19,943 nt of DNA from an uncultured Candidatus Poseidoniales archaeon (GTDB lineage: Archaea; Thermoplasmatota; Poseidoniia; Poseidoniales; Thalassarchaeaceae), in assembly GCA_964645485.1 (NCBI GenBank), contig CAZXZO010000002.1:2915-22857 (forward strand), read 5' to 3'. The notes below the pieces were generated by a model. The model did not search any database. It was given only the letters and a program-made list of their open reading frames with translations, and was not told the DNA's origin. How positions within the stretch are numbered: position 1 is the first letter of the stretch; each line of letters starts with the position of its first letter. Shown one piece after another: positions 6,546 to 14,764 of the stretch. Both the position numbers and the translations under genes were made by a program.

Positions 6546-8860
6546 TTTGCCACCTCCTCGTGGTTATCAGGAACCATCATTCGCATCAACCAATTTGGTT
6601 CCTTCTCTTCGTGAACGTTAGCATCTATTAGAGTTGGAATCTCGTCGAATGATGGAGTTGGTGGAGGTGATGTTGTAAGCCACTCGAATGACCAACCACC
6701 CCATGGGTCAGCAGGTGCTTTTTGACCCTTGATTAGAGAAACTACCATGTTGATTACCATAAACAAAGATGAAAGTCCAAAGATAAAAGCATTGATTGTA
6801 ATGAACATATTCCAACCTGCTGCTTCAGGAGGTAGAGTTCCAATCACATCACTGTATTCATTTGCCTGCATGAAGTATGTGTGGTGTCTTCGAGTCATTC
6901 CCCAAAGTCCTAACTTGTGCATTGGCCAGAAAATTCCATTGTATGAAATGAAGGCGATTAAGAAATGAATAACGCCCAGACGTTCATTCATCATGCGTCC
7001 AGTCATTTTCGGATACCAGTAGTATATCGCTGAAAACAGACCGAATACAACTCCCCCAACCAGCACATAGTGGAAGTGCGCGACTACGAAGTAAGTCTCA
7101 TGCAAATGTGTGTTCATTGAAATTGCCGGGAAGAACATTCCTGAAATACCACCTAATGTGAAGGTAATTAAGAACCCAAGAGCCCATAGTGTGTGAGTTC
7201 GATAAACTAGAGAACCCCCGTGCATGGTTTTGAGCCAATTGAAAATTTTGATTCCCGTAGGAACAGCCACAGCCATTGTTGTCAGCATCATGACGAAACG
7301 TAGAGCAGGAGACATTCCACTGGTCAACATGTGATGCCCATAAACAATAAACGACACAAATCCAATTCCAGCAAGCGCAAAAACCATTGAGCGATAACCG
7401 AAGATTGCTCTTCTTGCACTAGTCGCCAATACTTCAGAAACGATACCGAAAGCAGGTAAAATAACCACATAAACTTCGGGATGTCCAAAGTACCAGAACA
7501 AGTGACTCCAAAGAACAGGGTCACCACCTGCTGAGACATTGAAGAAGGAAGTTGCAACGGTTCTATCTAAGAAGGCTTCAATCAATCCGATTCCAAATGC
7601 TGGGATTGAAATAAATAGACACATGATAGAAACTAGAATTGACCATGTGAATAGAGGCATTTGCATCCAACCCATCCCAGGCGCTCGCATACCTGCGATT
7701 GTTGTAATGAAATTAATTCCTGCAAGCGTTGAAGATGCCACCAGCATTATTTGGCCAGCAATCCAGAACGTCGCCCCAGTGTGGGTACCAACCCAGCCTG
7801 TAATTGGTTGATATCCAGTCCAACCAACATCAGCAGCGTTTCCAGAGAAAATCCCACTCATTATGAGCACTGAAGCAACAGGGTTCAGCCAGAACGCCAT
7901 TGCATTGATTCTTGGGAAAGCCAAATCCTTTGCACCAATTTGTAGCGGGACAATCCAATTAGCAAATCCATTAATCATTGGCATTGCTGCTAAGAAAATC
8001 ATAATTGTTCCATGTAAGGTGAAGAATTGATTGTATTCATCCTTGGTTAAGAAATCGTTACCAGGGATTGCTAATTGTGTGCGCATTAACAGAGCAAGAA
8101 CTCCACCGACAACGAAGTAAAACAGTCCTGCTACAAAGTAAAGAGTTCCAATCTTTTTGTGATCGGTGCTAGTCAACCATTCTGAAATCCAAGGTGCAAA
8201 AGCTGACCAACTGAATCCCTCAGGATTCATTCGGTAGAATACGTAAACTATTGCGACAAACAGCAGAAGTGTTACCAAAATAATTGCAGAGAATAGAACA
8301 ACGAGCCCATCAGCATCCGCCAAAGGCTCTTCTCCTCCACCCATTGAACTCATAGTGAATGTTGATTGAGCCCAGTAGTCATCAGCACTAGCACTTCCAT
8401 CCCCATTTACAGAATTTACAGTCAGGGTAAAACTAGATGTTCCACTCGCAGGTGAAGTCCATTCAACTGTCCAAGAAGTTTGGTCATTTCCTGAATCTGT
8501 GTGGGTTAACTGGCCTGCCATTAATTGAGAAGAGTCATCAGTTGATGCCAGAGTTCCTTTTGTTGCAACGAGATTGAATCCACCCATGTTCTCTTGGGTT
8601 CCGGCAGCCACATCTCCAGGTCCACCAGTAAAACCAACTAAGAATGAATAAGTTTCAGCGGCATTGTATGTTTCTGGTAATGCGCTACCATTCGCTAATG
8701 TCATAAAAACTGACACTTCACTGTTAGGGCTTCCAGTGTGACATGAACAACCTGTTTCTACATTTGAGATACCTGTTGGCCTTGCTTGCATGCTAGGTGC
8801 CAACAACATTGCAACTAGTATCATTGAGAAGATTGCGATAAATTTCTTATTTACTTGCAC
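6542..8860 (-). CDS. coxA: Cytochrome c oxidase subunit I, A1-type, with fused N-terminal Reeler/choice-of-anchor-V-like domain
   Basis: Numbering from the track's 8887 start: WLTSTDHKKIG, TLHGTIM (H292), GAKDLAFPRINA (D321/N328, D-channel), GHPEVY (H469/E471/Y473), GHHM (H518/H519), PTGIK (K547), AHFHY (H604/H606), RR pair. The start is most likely GTG at 8860: it lies 5 nt after SD GAGGTGA and avoids the overlap with coxB. Confidence 0.96.
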   Translation of the reverse strand: MQVNKKFIAIFSMILVAMLLAPSMQARPTGISNVETGCSCHTGSPNSEVSVFMTLANGSALPETYNAAETYSFLVGFTGGPGDVAAGTQENMGGFNLVATKGTLASTDDSSQLMAGQLTHTDSGNDQTSWTVEWTSPASGTSSFTLTVNSVNGDGSASADDYWAQSTFTMSSMGGGEEPLADADGLVVLFSAIILVTLLLFVAIVYVFYRMNPEGFSWSAFAPWISEWLTSTDHKKIGTLYFVAGLFYFVVGGVLALLMRTQLAIPGNDFLTKDEYNQFFTLHGTIMIFLAAMPMINGFANWIVPLQIGAKDLAFPRINAMAFWLNPVASVLIMSGIFSGNAADVGWTGYQPITGWVGTHTGATFWIAGQIMLVASSTLAGINFITTIAGMRAPGMGWMQMPLFTWSILVSIMCLFISIPAFGIGLIEAFLDRTVATSFFNVSAGGDPVLWSHLFWYFGHPEVYVVILPAFGIVSEVLATSARRAIFGYRSMVFALAGIGFVSFIVYGHHMLTSGMSPALRFVMMLTTMAVAVPTGIKIFNWLKTMHGGSLVYRTHTLWALGFLITFTLGGISGMFFPAISMNTHLHETYFVVAHFHYVLVGGVVFGLFSAIYYWYPKMTGRMMNERLGVIHFLIAFISYNGIFWPMHKLGLWGMTRRHHTYFMQANEYSDVIGTLPPEAAGWNMFITINAFIFGLSSLFMVINMVVSLIKGQKAPADPWGGWSFEWLTTSPPPTPSFDEIPTLIDANVHEEKEPNWLMRMMVPDNHEEVAK

Positions 8861-8870
8861 GATAATCACC

Positions 8871-9515
8871 TCACTCGTGGACCTCAAGAATCGCAGTCAT
8901 GTATGCATGGTCATCGCCACAAAACTCTGCACAATCAATGAAGAATTTACCAGTTAAATCAATTGGAAGCCAAATAGCAGTCTGCAGTCCAGGCACAGCA
9001 TCCTCCTTTGCACCCCATTGAACGAAGTAAGGTGAATGTGTTACATCCCCCGAAGTTAAATCAATTCGATACATGGTATTATTTTTCAGAATTAGCGTGG
9101 TTAAGCCAGTATCTGCATCAACTCCCACATCACAAAGGTCTGTACTTAATTCTCGACAGTCAAATTCCCAGTACCATTGGTAGCCAGTAACTCCAACTTC
9201 AAAGTAATCTACACCCTCAACTCCAATTGCATCGGGGTCTTCCCACACATCAGATGTTGGGCCTATGATTAGTACGGTGAGATAAATAATGAGGATAGAA
9301 GGAGCAATAATCCAAGCGGCTTCCAACTTTCCATTGTGATAATGTAGTGGAAATTCTCCAACTTTGAGATTATCAATATTTGGCACTTCTCCGTCCTTAG
9401 AGCGGTAGAAGAACGAATGGTGTAATTGCCATCCAAAAACGATGACACCTACAAAGATAGACCAGTTCCAAAATATCTCAAACAACTCATTGTATGAAGC
9501 GCCACCTACAGCCAT
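8871..9515 (-). CDS. coxB: Cytochrome c oxidase subunit II (CuA-containing)
   Basis: Two TM helices with LEAAWIIAP; aromatic electron-entry motif GYQWYWEF; complete CuA ligand set H160...CAEFCGDDHAYM (C195, E197, C199, H203, M206); no C-terminal cytochrome c fusion. Confidence 0.95.
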   Translation of the reverse strand: MAVGGASYNELFEIFWNWSIFVGVIVFGWQLHHSFFYRSKDGEVPNIDNLKVGEFPLHYHNGKLEAAWIIAPSILIIYLTVLIIGPTSDVWEDPDAIGVEGVDYFEVGVTGYQWYWEFDCRELSTDLCDVGVDADTGLTTLILKNNTMYRIDLTSGDVTHSPYFVQWGAKEDAVPGLQTAIWLPIDLTGKFFIDCAEFCGDDHAYMTAILEVHE

Positions 9516-9591
9516 GGAAAACCCTCTTGGTTTGGCCGTAAAGCGGTCCGTAGTTAAGCGTTGGCAAAACCTAACTCAAAGTGGGAACAAA

Positions 9592-9612
9592 GATTGAACC
9601 ATTTTTTCAATC
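9592..9612. promoter_or_regulatory. Inverted repeat GATTGAA-N7-TTCAATC in the divergent coxB / receiver-gene promoter region (candidate operator)
   Basis: Perfect 7-bp arms at 9592-9598 and 9606-9612, seen directly; the operator role is inferred from position. Confidence 0.4.
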
Positions 9613-9739
9613 ACTTACACACACGGCAGTTGTCCACTGAAGTATTCAAATATTGATATTAAAACGCATTTTCAAGATGGTTATTCGATTCTTTTTGACC
9701 AACATGCGATTTCGCAAAAGGTTGAATTGGTAACACTGT

Positions 9740-10132
9740 ATGGCTCTGTCTATGAGTGTGCGGGCGTTGGTGGTTGAAGACAACCAAGTAAACGTACGTT
9801 TACTACTCGCTTTGCTAAAGGGAAAAGGCATCACTGACATTGAAATTGCAGAGGATGCCAACCAAGCCTTCACCGCTCTCCAGACCGGCGCTTTTGATCT
9901 GATATTCATGGATATTCAATTACCTTGGACAGATGGTTTACAATTGACAAAAGCAATTCGTGACCACCCCCTTGTAAGGAAAAGTAGGATAATTGCTGTG
10001 ACAGCATTCTCTACCCCAGAAGACCGTCGTAAGGCAGCAGCGGTAGGATGTGATGCATTCGTTGCAAAACCAGTACGGCGAGAAGAGTTGTATCGAGTAA
10101 TTGATGAGCAATTAGCCGAGCGTGGCAAATGA
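9740..10132 (+). CDS. Stand-alone response regulator receiver (CheY/DivK-like)
   Basis: LVVEDN acidic pocket, phosphoacceptor FMDIQLP, DG, VTA (Thr), AKPV (Lys-Pro); no output domain. An alternative start exists at ATG 9752. Confidence 0.92.
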   Translation: MALSMSVRALVVEDNQVNVRLLLALLKGKGITDIEIAEDANQAFTALQTGAFDLIFMDIQLPWTDGLQLTKAIRDHPLVRKSRIIAVTAFSTPEDRRKAAAVGCDAFVAKPVRREELYRVIDEQLAERGK

Positions 10133-10211
10133 TTGATTCCGCTCAAATGCTGATTATTGTACTGAATTAACCGCTTTGTTTTCATGTTAAGCCAAATTCA
10201 AGATACATAGA

Positions 10212-10550
10212 GTGATAATGATGGCTGACATTAATGATGTAGTTACCCTATCATCTTCTAGAGAAGTTTCAATTGCAATCGAACTCCAACCTTCATCTTC
10301 AAGTTCAGAAATTTTGGGAATCAATCAATGGCGTCAGCGCTTGCAAGTAAAGGTCATTTCACCAGCAATAAAGGGCGCGGCCAATCAAGAACTCATCGAG
10401 ATAATGGCAACTTTTTTTGGCTTATCTAACTCATCAGTGAAACTAGATTCAGGGGCCAAGGATAGACGTAAACGAATTTTACTTTCAGATATTTCATTGG
10501 AAAAAGTGCTCGAGAAACTTGAACATTTTTTGGATGAAGGGGGGCAATGA
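10212..10550 (+). CDS. DUF167 / UPF0235 (YggU-like) protein
   Basis: LQVKVISPAIKGAANQELIEIMATFFGLSNSSVKLDSGAKDRRKRILL matches the DUF167 pattern (V-x-x-P-x-x-G-x-AN...SG-x-x-x-R-x-K). The exact start among GTG/ATG/ATG is uncertain. Confidence 0.85.
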   Translation: MIMMADINDVVTLSSSREVSIAIELQPSSSSSEILGINQWRQRLQVKVISPAIKGAANQELIEIMATFFGLSNSSVKLDSGAKDRRKRILLSDISLEKVLEKLEHFLDEGGQ

Positions 10551-11054
10551 ATGTCTCGAAAAAACAGCACTGGGAACCCCACTCAAGACGTACGGTTTGA
10601 AAGTGCTGGCCGTGCATTGGCGTTAGCCCGAGAGAGGAACCGAGATGTTGAGAAGGGTGGTTCTTCATGCCCTGTATTAATTGAGGGAATAAACGATGTC
10701 AAGGCATTACGAAAATTAGGCTTCACTGGAGTCATTGAACAACTGAATAGAGGTTGGGACCGAAGTCGTTTAGTAGCATATTTATTTGAAAAATATGGTT
10801 GTAATAATCCAAATGATGGCGGTCCAGCCATCATCTTATTAATGGATTGGGATCGTACAGGTGGTCGTATCCAAAATGACCTCAGTATTCGTCTTAAGGC
10901 AATGGATGTCTCCTTGGATGAAAAGACACGAATTGAATTAGTAAGGGCAATGAAACCAGAAGGAAAAACAATTGAATCATTGGCTCCATTTGCTAGCCAA
11001 TTACGTGAAAAAATGAGTTATCATGACCCAGATGGTTCAGATGGTGAGGAGTAA
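10551..11054 (+). CDS. Small TOPRIM-domain protein (RNase M5/primase-like)
   Basis: VLIEGINDVKAL (EGxxD) and LLMDWDRTG (DxDxxG) TOPRIM motifs; ATG directly follows the DUF167 stop. Confidence 0.88.
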   Translation: MSRKNSTGNPTQDVRFESAGRALALARERNRDVEKGGSSCPVLIEGINDVKALRKLGFTGVIEQLNRGWDRSRLVAYLFEKYGCNNPNDGGPAIILLMDWDRTGGRIQNDLSIRLKAMDVSLDEKTRIELVRAMKPEGKTIESLAPFASQLREKMSYHDPDGSDGEE

Positions 11055-14035
11055 TCCTCTAGTTGAATGATAATCCGAGCACTGAGTTCTGCCTGAACAC
11101 CCTCGCGAATTTTTTCAAGGTGTACAATTCGCTCATCAAGTTCTCTGGTTAGCCTCGCAATCAATCCGTTTTTCATTCGTCTCCAACGGTCATCAACAGG
11201 CGTCCCACCTTGTTGTTGGCGATAGACTGCAGCACGAATCTGCTCACGCTCTCGTTCGATTCTTTGCATCCACGAGCGTTGCACATTGTGCCTCAATTCG
11301 TCCAAAAGTGGTGCTAGCCTTGCCCTTTCATCTTCTAGAAGCCAACCATGGATTCTATCTAGAGCACTTTCAATAACGACTTCTTCGGTCTCATCAAACA
11401 TCACCCTCTCAAGTTCCTCAATTGATTTCCATGGATAGAGAGGTTGATTGGGTATAGGCATACCATGTTTGTCTAGAACTAGCCATCGTCGAACTGCATG
11501 ATTCGATAATCCAGCAACAATCCAATCAAGGCAGATTAGCATACATGCTTCTTTATCCCAATATTTTGGCCTCATCGCTTTGAGTTGAGTAACAGGAGCA
11601 ATTCCAGCGACCTTCCATCCGCTGATGGTAGCATCGGGATTTGATTCACCACCAATTGGTTCACGCAACCATTGGACAATTGGGTGCCATGGAGCAAGTT
11701 GGACAAGATCAGTTCTGTCTTTCGCCTCTTCTCTATCAATCGCTACTCCAATTATGTGCGGTCCAGCCGAACCTGCTAACATTTCAATATGCTTTTGCCA
11801 ACCACTAGTCAGCCAATCAGAACGATATTTTTCAGCGCATCTTTGGGCTAATTCATCAACGCTATATTGGCTTAATTTCAAGTGCCAATATCCATCAACT
11901 TTGTATACGCTTGAATGTCGGTCACGTTGTTTCAATCTTGCTTTCACCCAGGCAATTAATTGACCCGGCTCAATACCAAGTTCCATGTTGATAGCGTCTT
12001 CCCTCAACTTTCGAATTCCCGGGTCATTACCTAACCATTCACGTTCTTCAGTGGCTCTCTCTGTTAACCAGCGCTCGCGTTTTTCGAGTAAAGTGTCAAG
12101 CCCGCCATCAACATTGGCAACTTCATCAGCATTTACCAGACTATATCCACTATGGCCTAAACGTTTGGCACGTGGATTGTTGAGTTCGGTTTGAGCAACA
12201 AGCCGCATGGCTTTACCAAGTAGCGGGTCAAGCATTCCAATTGAATCTTCAAACAATCTTATTCGGTGGAATAAACGACCTAGGATTGCAGCATCAATTG
12301 TGCCTTCAACTGCTAAGTTGAGAATAGTAATCACATCTGCTTCTTGACCAAATCTATCAAGGCGGCCAATCCGCTGTTCTATTCTCATAGGATTCCATGG
12401 TAAATCGTAGTTGACTAGTCTATGACAATGCTGTTGGTCTAAACCTTCACTTCCAACTTCACTTGAGAGAAGAACATCAATTTCTCCATTAGCAAATTGG
12501 GTACGCAACTCCTCTCTTTCCAACATTGGAGTTTGTCCACTCAGAACTTTACAATTTACCCCCTCTTCGGTTAATCGTCGAGATAAATAAGCAAGTGTTC
12601 CACGGAAATGACTGAACAACAGAATTCCTCCCACACGGTCTTCTTCAAGGGAGTTCAACATCCACATTTTCATGGCTTCAAACTTTGAGTCTTCATCTCC
12701 CAGTTCTTCCGCTGCGTCAATCAATTCATCAAGGTCACCAAAGCGACTCAGGAGTCGGTGTTCGGCTTCTCGGATTGTGCCATCATCTGCCTCATCCTGA
12801 CCTTCGGTTCCAAAATCAAATGCAGCTCTTGCTGTTTGTCGTAATTGAGTTTGAACATGAGTTGCAAATGCTTGTAGGCAACTGCTAGCCATTCTCTCAG
12901 GCACTACTAGTGCCCAATCAAATCTATCCGAATCAGGATTTCTCAATTGCATCAATCTCCAAGTCCAACGTCTAGCAGCCTCATACAGCCTCCACTCAGC
13001 AGCACTCAATTCAACATCCAATGTGATTGCTTCCCGGGTCGCAAGGTGGAGGTCTAAATCCCGACGTCTTGTTCTAACAATTAATTCATTGAGTGGTCTT
13101 AGTTGACGAATTAAATCAGCAACTTCTAAACGATTTCTTTGTAAATTTTCATCTCTCCAACCAAGGGGGTCTGAGCAGATTTCAATGGCTTGAGTCAAAC
13201 GAGGGTCGTTGGTAAATCCAGGCGTCATGTTTAGAATTTGTAGTGCACCCAAAGCCCCTTCAAGGTCAGGTGTGGTTTTTGCTGTGGCATCTAATGCCGT
13301 GTTCAGCATCTGCATAGGTCTCATGGTTGCTTGGAAGGAATTGAAATCTGGCCATCTGTCAGGTGCTAGAAGTGAAAGTTGCACCCACAATTCTTCATTT
13401 GAGAGATTGACAGGAGTGGCTGTTAGAAACAAGGTTTGCCGGCTATGTAATGAAAGAATCTGGATAGCATCGTGTAATCGACTACGAGGATTTCTGCAAT
13501 GGTGTGACTCATCAACAATTGTCAGAAGCAAATCAGGCACCCCCTCTTCCATCAATTCTCTCAACAATTTTGATTGTCTGAAAATACCATGACTAGTGAC
13601 GACTACAAGTGATTCACCATCGCGAATCCTGTCCAGAGCATTGTGCAACTTCTTACCGGTATTCGCCTCGAATCCATCAAGGTCACAACGGTGGAACATT
13701 TCTTGCAACCATTTCAATCTCAATCCACCAGGACAAATGATGAGAACGCCGCCGGATTCACCCATCGCGTGAAGGCGGCGTAATACATGCAATGCCGACA
13801 CTGTCTTGCCTAATCCAACTTCGTCAGCAATTAGTAATCCAGCCCAATTACTAGAAGCCAGCCTTGCTGCTGGAAGGTGCTGATGTGGCTGGTCAACCCA
13901 GCGTCCAAAATTTAGTAATGGACACAAATCAGATGGTGGAAATCTAATATCCAAATCGGCGCGGATTAGATTCCATTCAGGGGCACCTAATTTTGCGCCG
14001 CTGGCGCCTTGATTCCTACTACCTAAATCGCTCAA
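11021..14035 (-). CDS. SNF2-family (RapA/HepA-like clade) SF2 helicase/translocase
   Basis: PHQ (Q motif), IADEVGLGKT (I), IVDESHHCRN (II), LTATPVNL (III), LLFSHF (IV), SEVGSEGLD (V), NPMRIEQRIGRLDRFGQ (VI); ~350 aa C-terminal extension with a predicted coiled coil; TTG start; the 3' end overlaps the TOPRIM gene by 34 bp. Confidence 0.93.
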   Translation of the reverse strand: MSDLGSRNQGASGAKLGAPEWNLIRADLDIRFPPSDLCPLLNFGRWVDQPHQHLPAARLASSNWAGLLIADEVGLGKTVSALHVLRRLHAMGESGGVLIICPGGLRLKWLQEMFHRCDLDGFEANTGKKLHNALDRIRDGESLVVVTSHGIFRQSKLLRELMEEGVPDLLLTIVDESHHCRNPRSRLHDAIQILSLHSRQTLFLTATPVNLSNEELWVQLSLLAPDRWPDFNSFQATMRPMQMLNTALDATAKTTPDLEGALGALQILNMTPGFTNDPRLTQAIEICSDPLGWRDENLQRNRLEVADLIRQLRPLNELIVRTRRRDLDLHLATREAITLDVELSAAEWRLYEAARRWTWRLMQLRNPDSDRFDWALVVPERMASSCLQAFATHVQTQLRQTARAAFDFGTEGQDEADDGTIREAEHRLLSRFGDLDELIDAAEELGDEDSKFEAMKMWMLNSLEEDRVGGILLFSHFRGTLAYLSRRLTEEGVNCKVLSGQTPMLEREELRTQFANGEIDVLLSSEVGSEGLDQQHCHRLVNYDLPWNPMRIEQRIGRLDRFGQEADVITILNLAVEGTIDAAILGRLFHRIRLFEDSIGMLDPLLGKAMRLVAQTELNNPRAKRLGHSGYSLVNADEVANVDGGLDTLLEKRERWLTERATEEREWLGNDPGIRKLREDAINMELGIEPGQLIAWVKARLKQRDRHSSVYKVDGYWHLKLSQYSVDELAQRCAEKYRSDWLTSGWQKHIEMLAGSAGPHIIGVAIDREEAKDRTDLVQLAPWHPIVQWLREPIGGESNPDATISGWKVAGIAPVTQLKAMRPKYWDKEACMLICLDWIVAGLSNHAVRRWLVLDKHGMPIPNQPLYPWKSIEELERVMFDETEEVVIESALDRIHGWLLEDERARLAPLLDELRHNVQRSWMQRIEREREQIRAAVYRQQQGGTPVDDRWRRMKNGLIARLTRELDERIVHLEKIREGVQAELSARIIIQLEDYSSPSEPSGS

Positions 14036-14152
14036 CAGTGCCTTACCGCAAAGCGACCGTTCTTGAAGATGCGCGAATCAATAGGGTGAAACAGTCAAAA
14101 AACGACAATTCCCACAAAACGGCACTGCGATAATTTTTCAAGGATTTAACCA

Positions 14153-14170
14153 AATGAATCTTGATTCATT
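14153..14170. repeat. Inverted repeat AATGAATC-TT-GATTCATT between the Lrp stop and the helicase start
   Basis: Perfect 8-bp arms with a 2-nt spacer, 5 nt beyond the Lrp stop codon and ~120 nt upstream of the helicase start; could be an operator or a terminator. Confidence 0.5.
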
Positions 14171-14175
14171 ACTGC

Positions 14176-14625
14176 TTATTTCGGTAACTTAACACCTTGT
14201 TCTTTCACGGTGTTTAACACAACCATGGTAGTAGACCTTTCAACTCCTTCTGTTGAGAGAACGGTTTTGGTGAAATCATCTAAATCATCTCGGTCACTCA
14301 CCCGTGCAAACACCAAACTATCCATTTCACCTGTCACATCGTACACTGCGAAAACCCGAGGGTCGTCGGCAATCAAACGCTGTACCGGGAGAAGTTCTCC
14401 TTTGACGATTCGCAACCCGACAACAACACTCATTTCCCAACCAATTTTGTCCGCATCTAGGGTGACAGTATAGCCTGTGATGACACCATTTTCTTCTAAT
14501 TTACCGAGTCTGTTTGACACAGTTCCTAGAGCGACACCGACCAAATCAGCCAGTGCTCTCATGGAGAGTCTACCATCTCCTTGAAGGGCCTCAATCAATT
14601 GCTTGTCAGTTTCATCCAACTCCAT
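14176..14625 (-). CDS. Lrp/AsnC family transcriptional regulator
   Basis: LDETDKQLIEALQGDGRLSMRALADLVGVALGTVSNRLGKLEENGVITGY HTH; C-terminal RAM domain with YDVTGEMD; 149 aa. Confidence 0.95.
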   Translation of the reverse strand: MELDETDKQLIEALQGDGRLSMRALADLVGVALGTVSNRLGKLEENGVITGYTVTLDADKIGWEMSVVVGLRIVKGELLPVQRLIADDPRVFAVYDVTGEMDSLVFARVSDRDDLDDFTKTVLSTEGVERSTTMVVLNTVKEQGVKLPK

Positions 14626-14764
14626 TTTACCAAGTCCGGAGTTTAATCGCTCCGCAGGAGGTTTTTGAACGTTGTTGACAATTTACTATCTTTTTTTGGT
14701 CAGATGAGCACCAAACTATGTGAAAAAGCAATTTTACGACAATTTCTCGTAAGTCCAAAAAGTT

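Noticed and set aside
7331-7345. VYGHHM instead of the usual VWAHHM, plus other local substitutions (GYQP, GMTRR) in subunit I
   Set aside because: All metal ligands and proton-channel residues are present; the changes look like lineage drift, not inactivation.
8738-8749. Calling the CoxA N-terminal domain a cytochrome c (caa3-type) or the enzyme cbb3-type
   Set aside because: The motif is CxCH, not CxxCH, and the domain is beta-rich. The core has GHPEVY, D- and K-channel residues and a CuA subunit II, so it is A1-type. Heme binding remains a hypothesis.
8861-8887. Track start of subunit I at ATG 8887
   Set aside because: It overlaps coxB by 17 bp. GTG at 8860 has a well-placed GAGGTGA SD and gives a normal-length signal peptide.
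9646-10185. Minus-strand ORFs 9646..9909 and 9916..10185
   Set aside because: Antisense to the well-supported receiver gene and have no motifs.
10551-14035. DISARM/BREX or other defence system built on the SNF2 helicase and TOPRIM protein
   Set aside because: No DNA methyltransferase, PLD nuclease, DUF1998 or other partner genes; the nearby methyltransferase is an RNA m5C enzyme; the neighbours are housekeeping genes.
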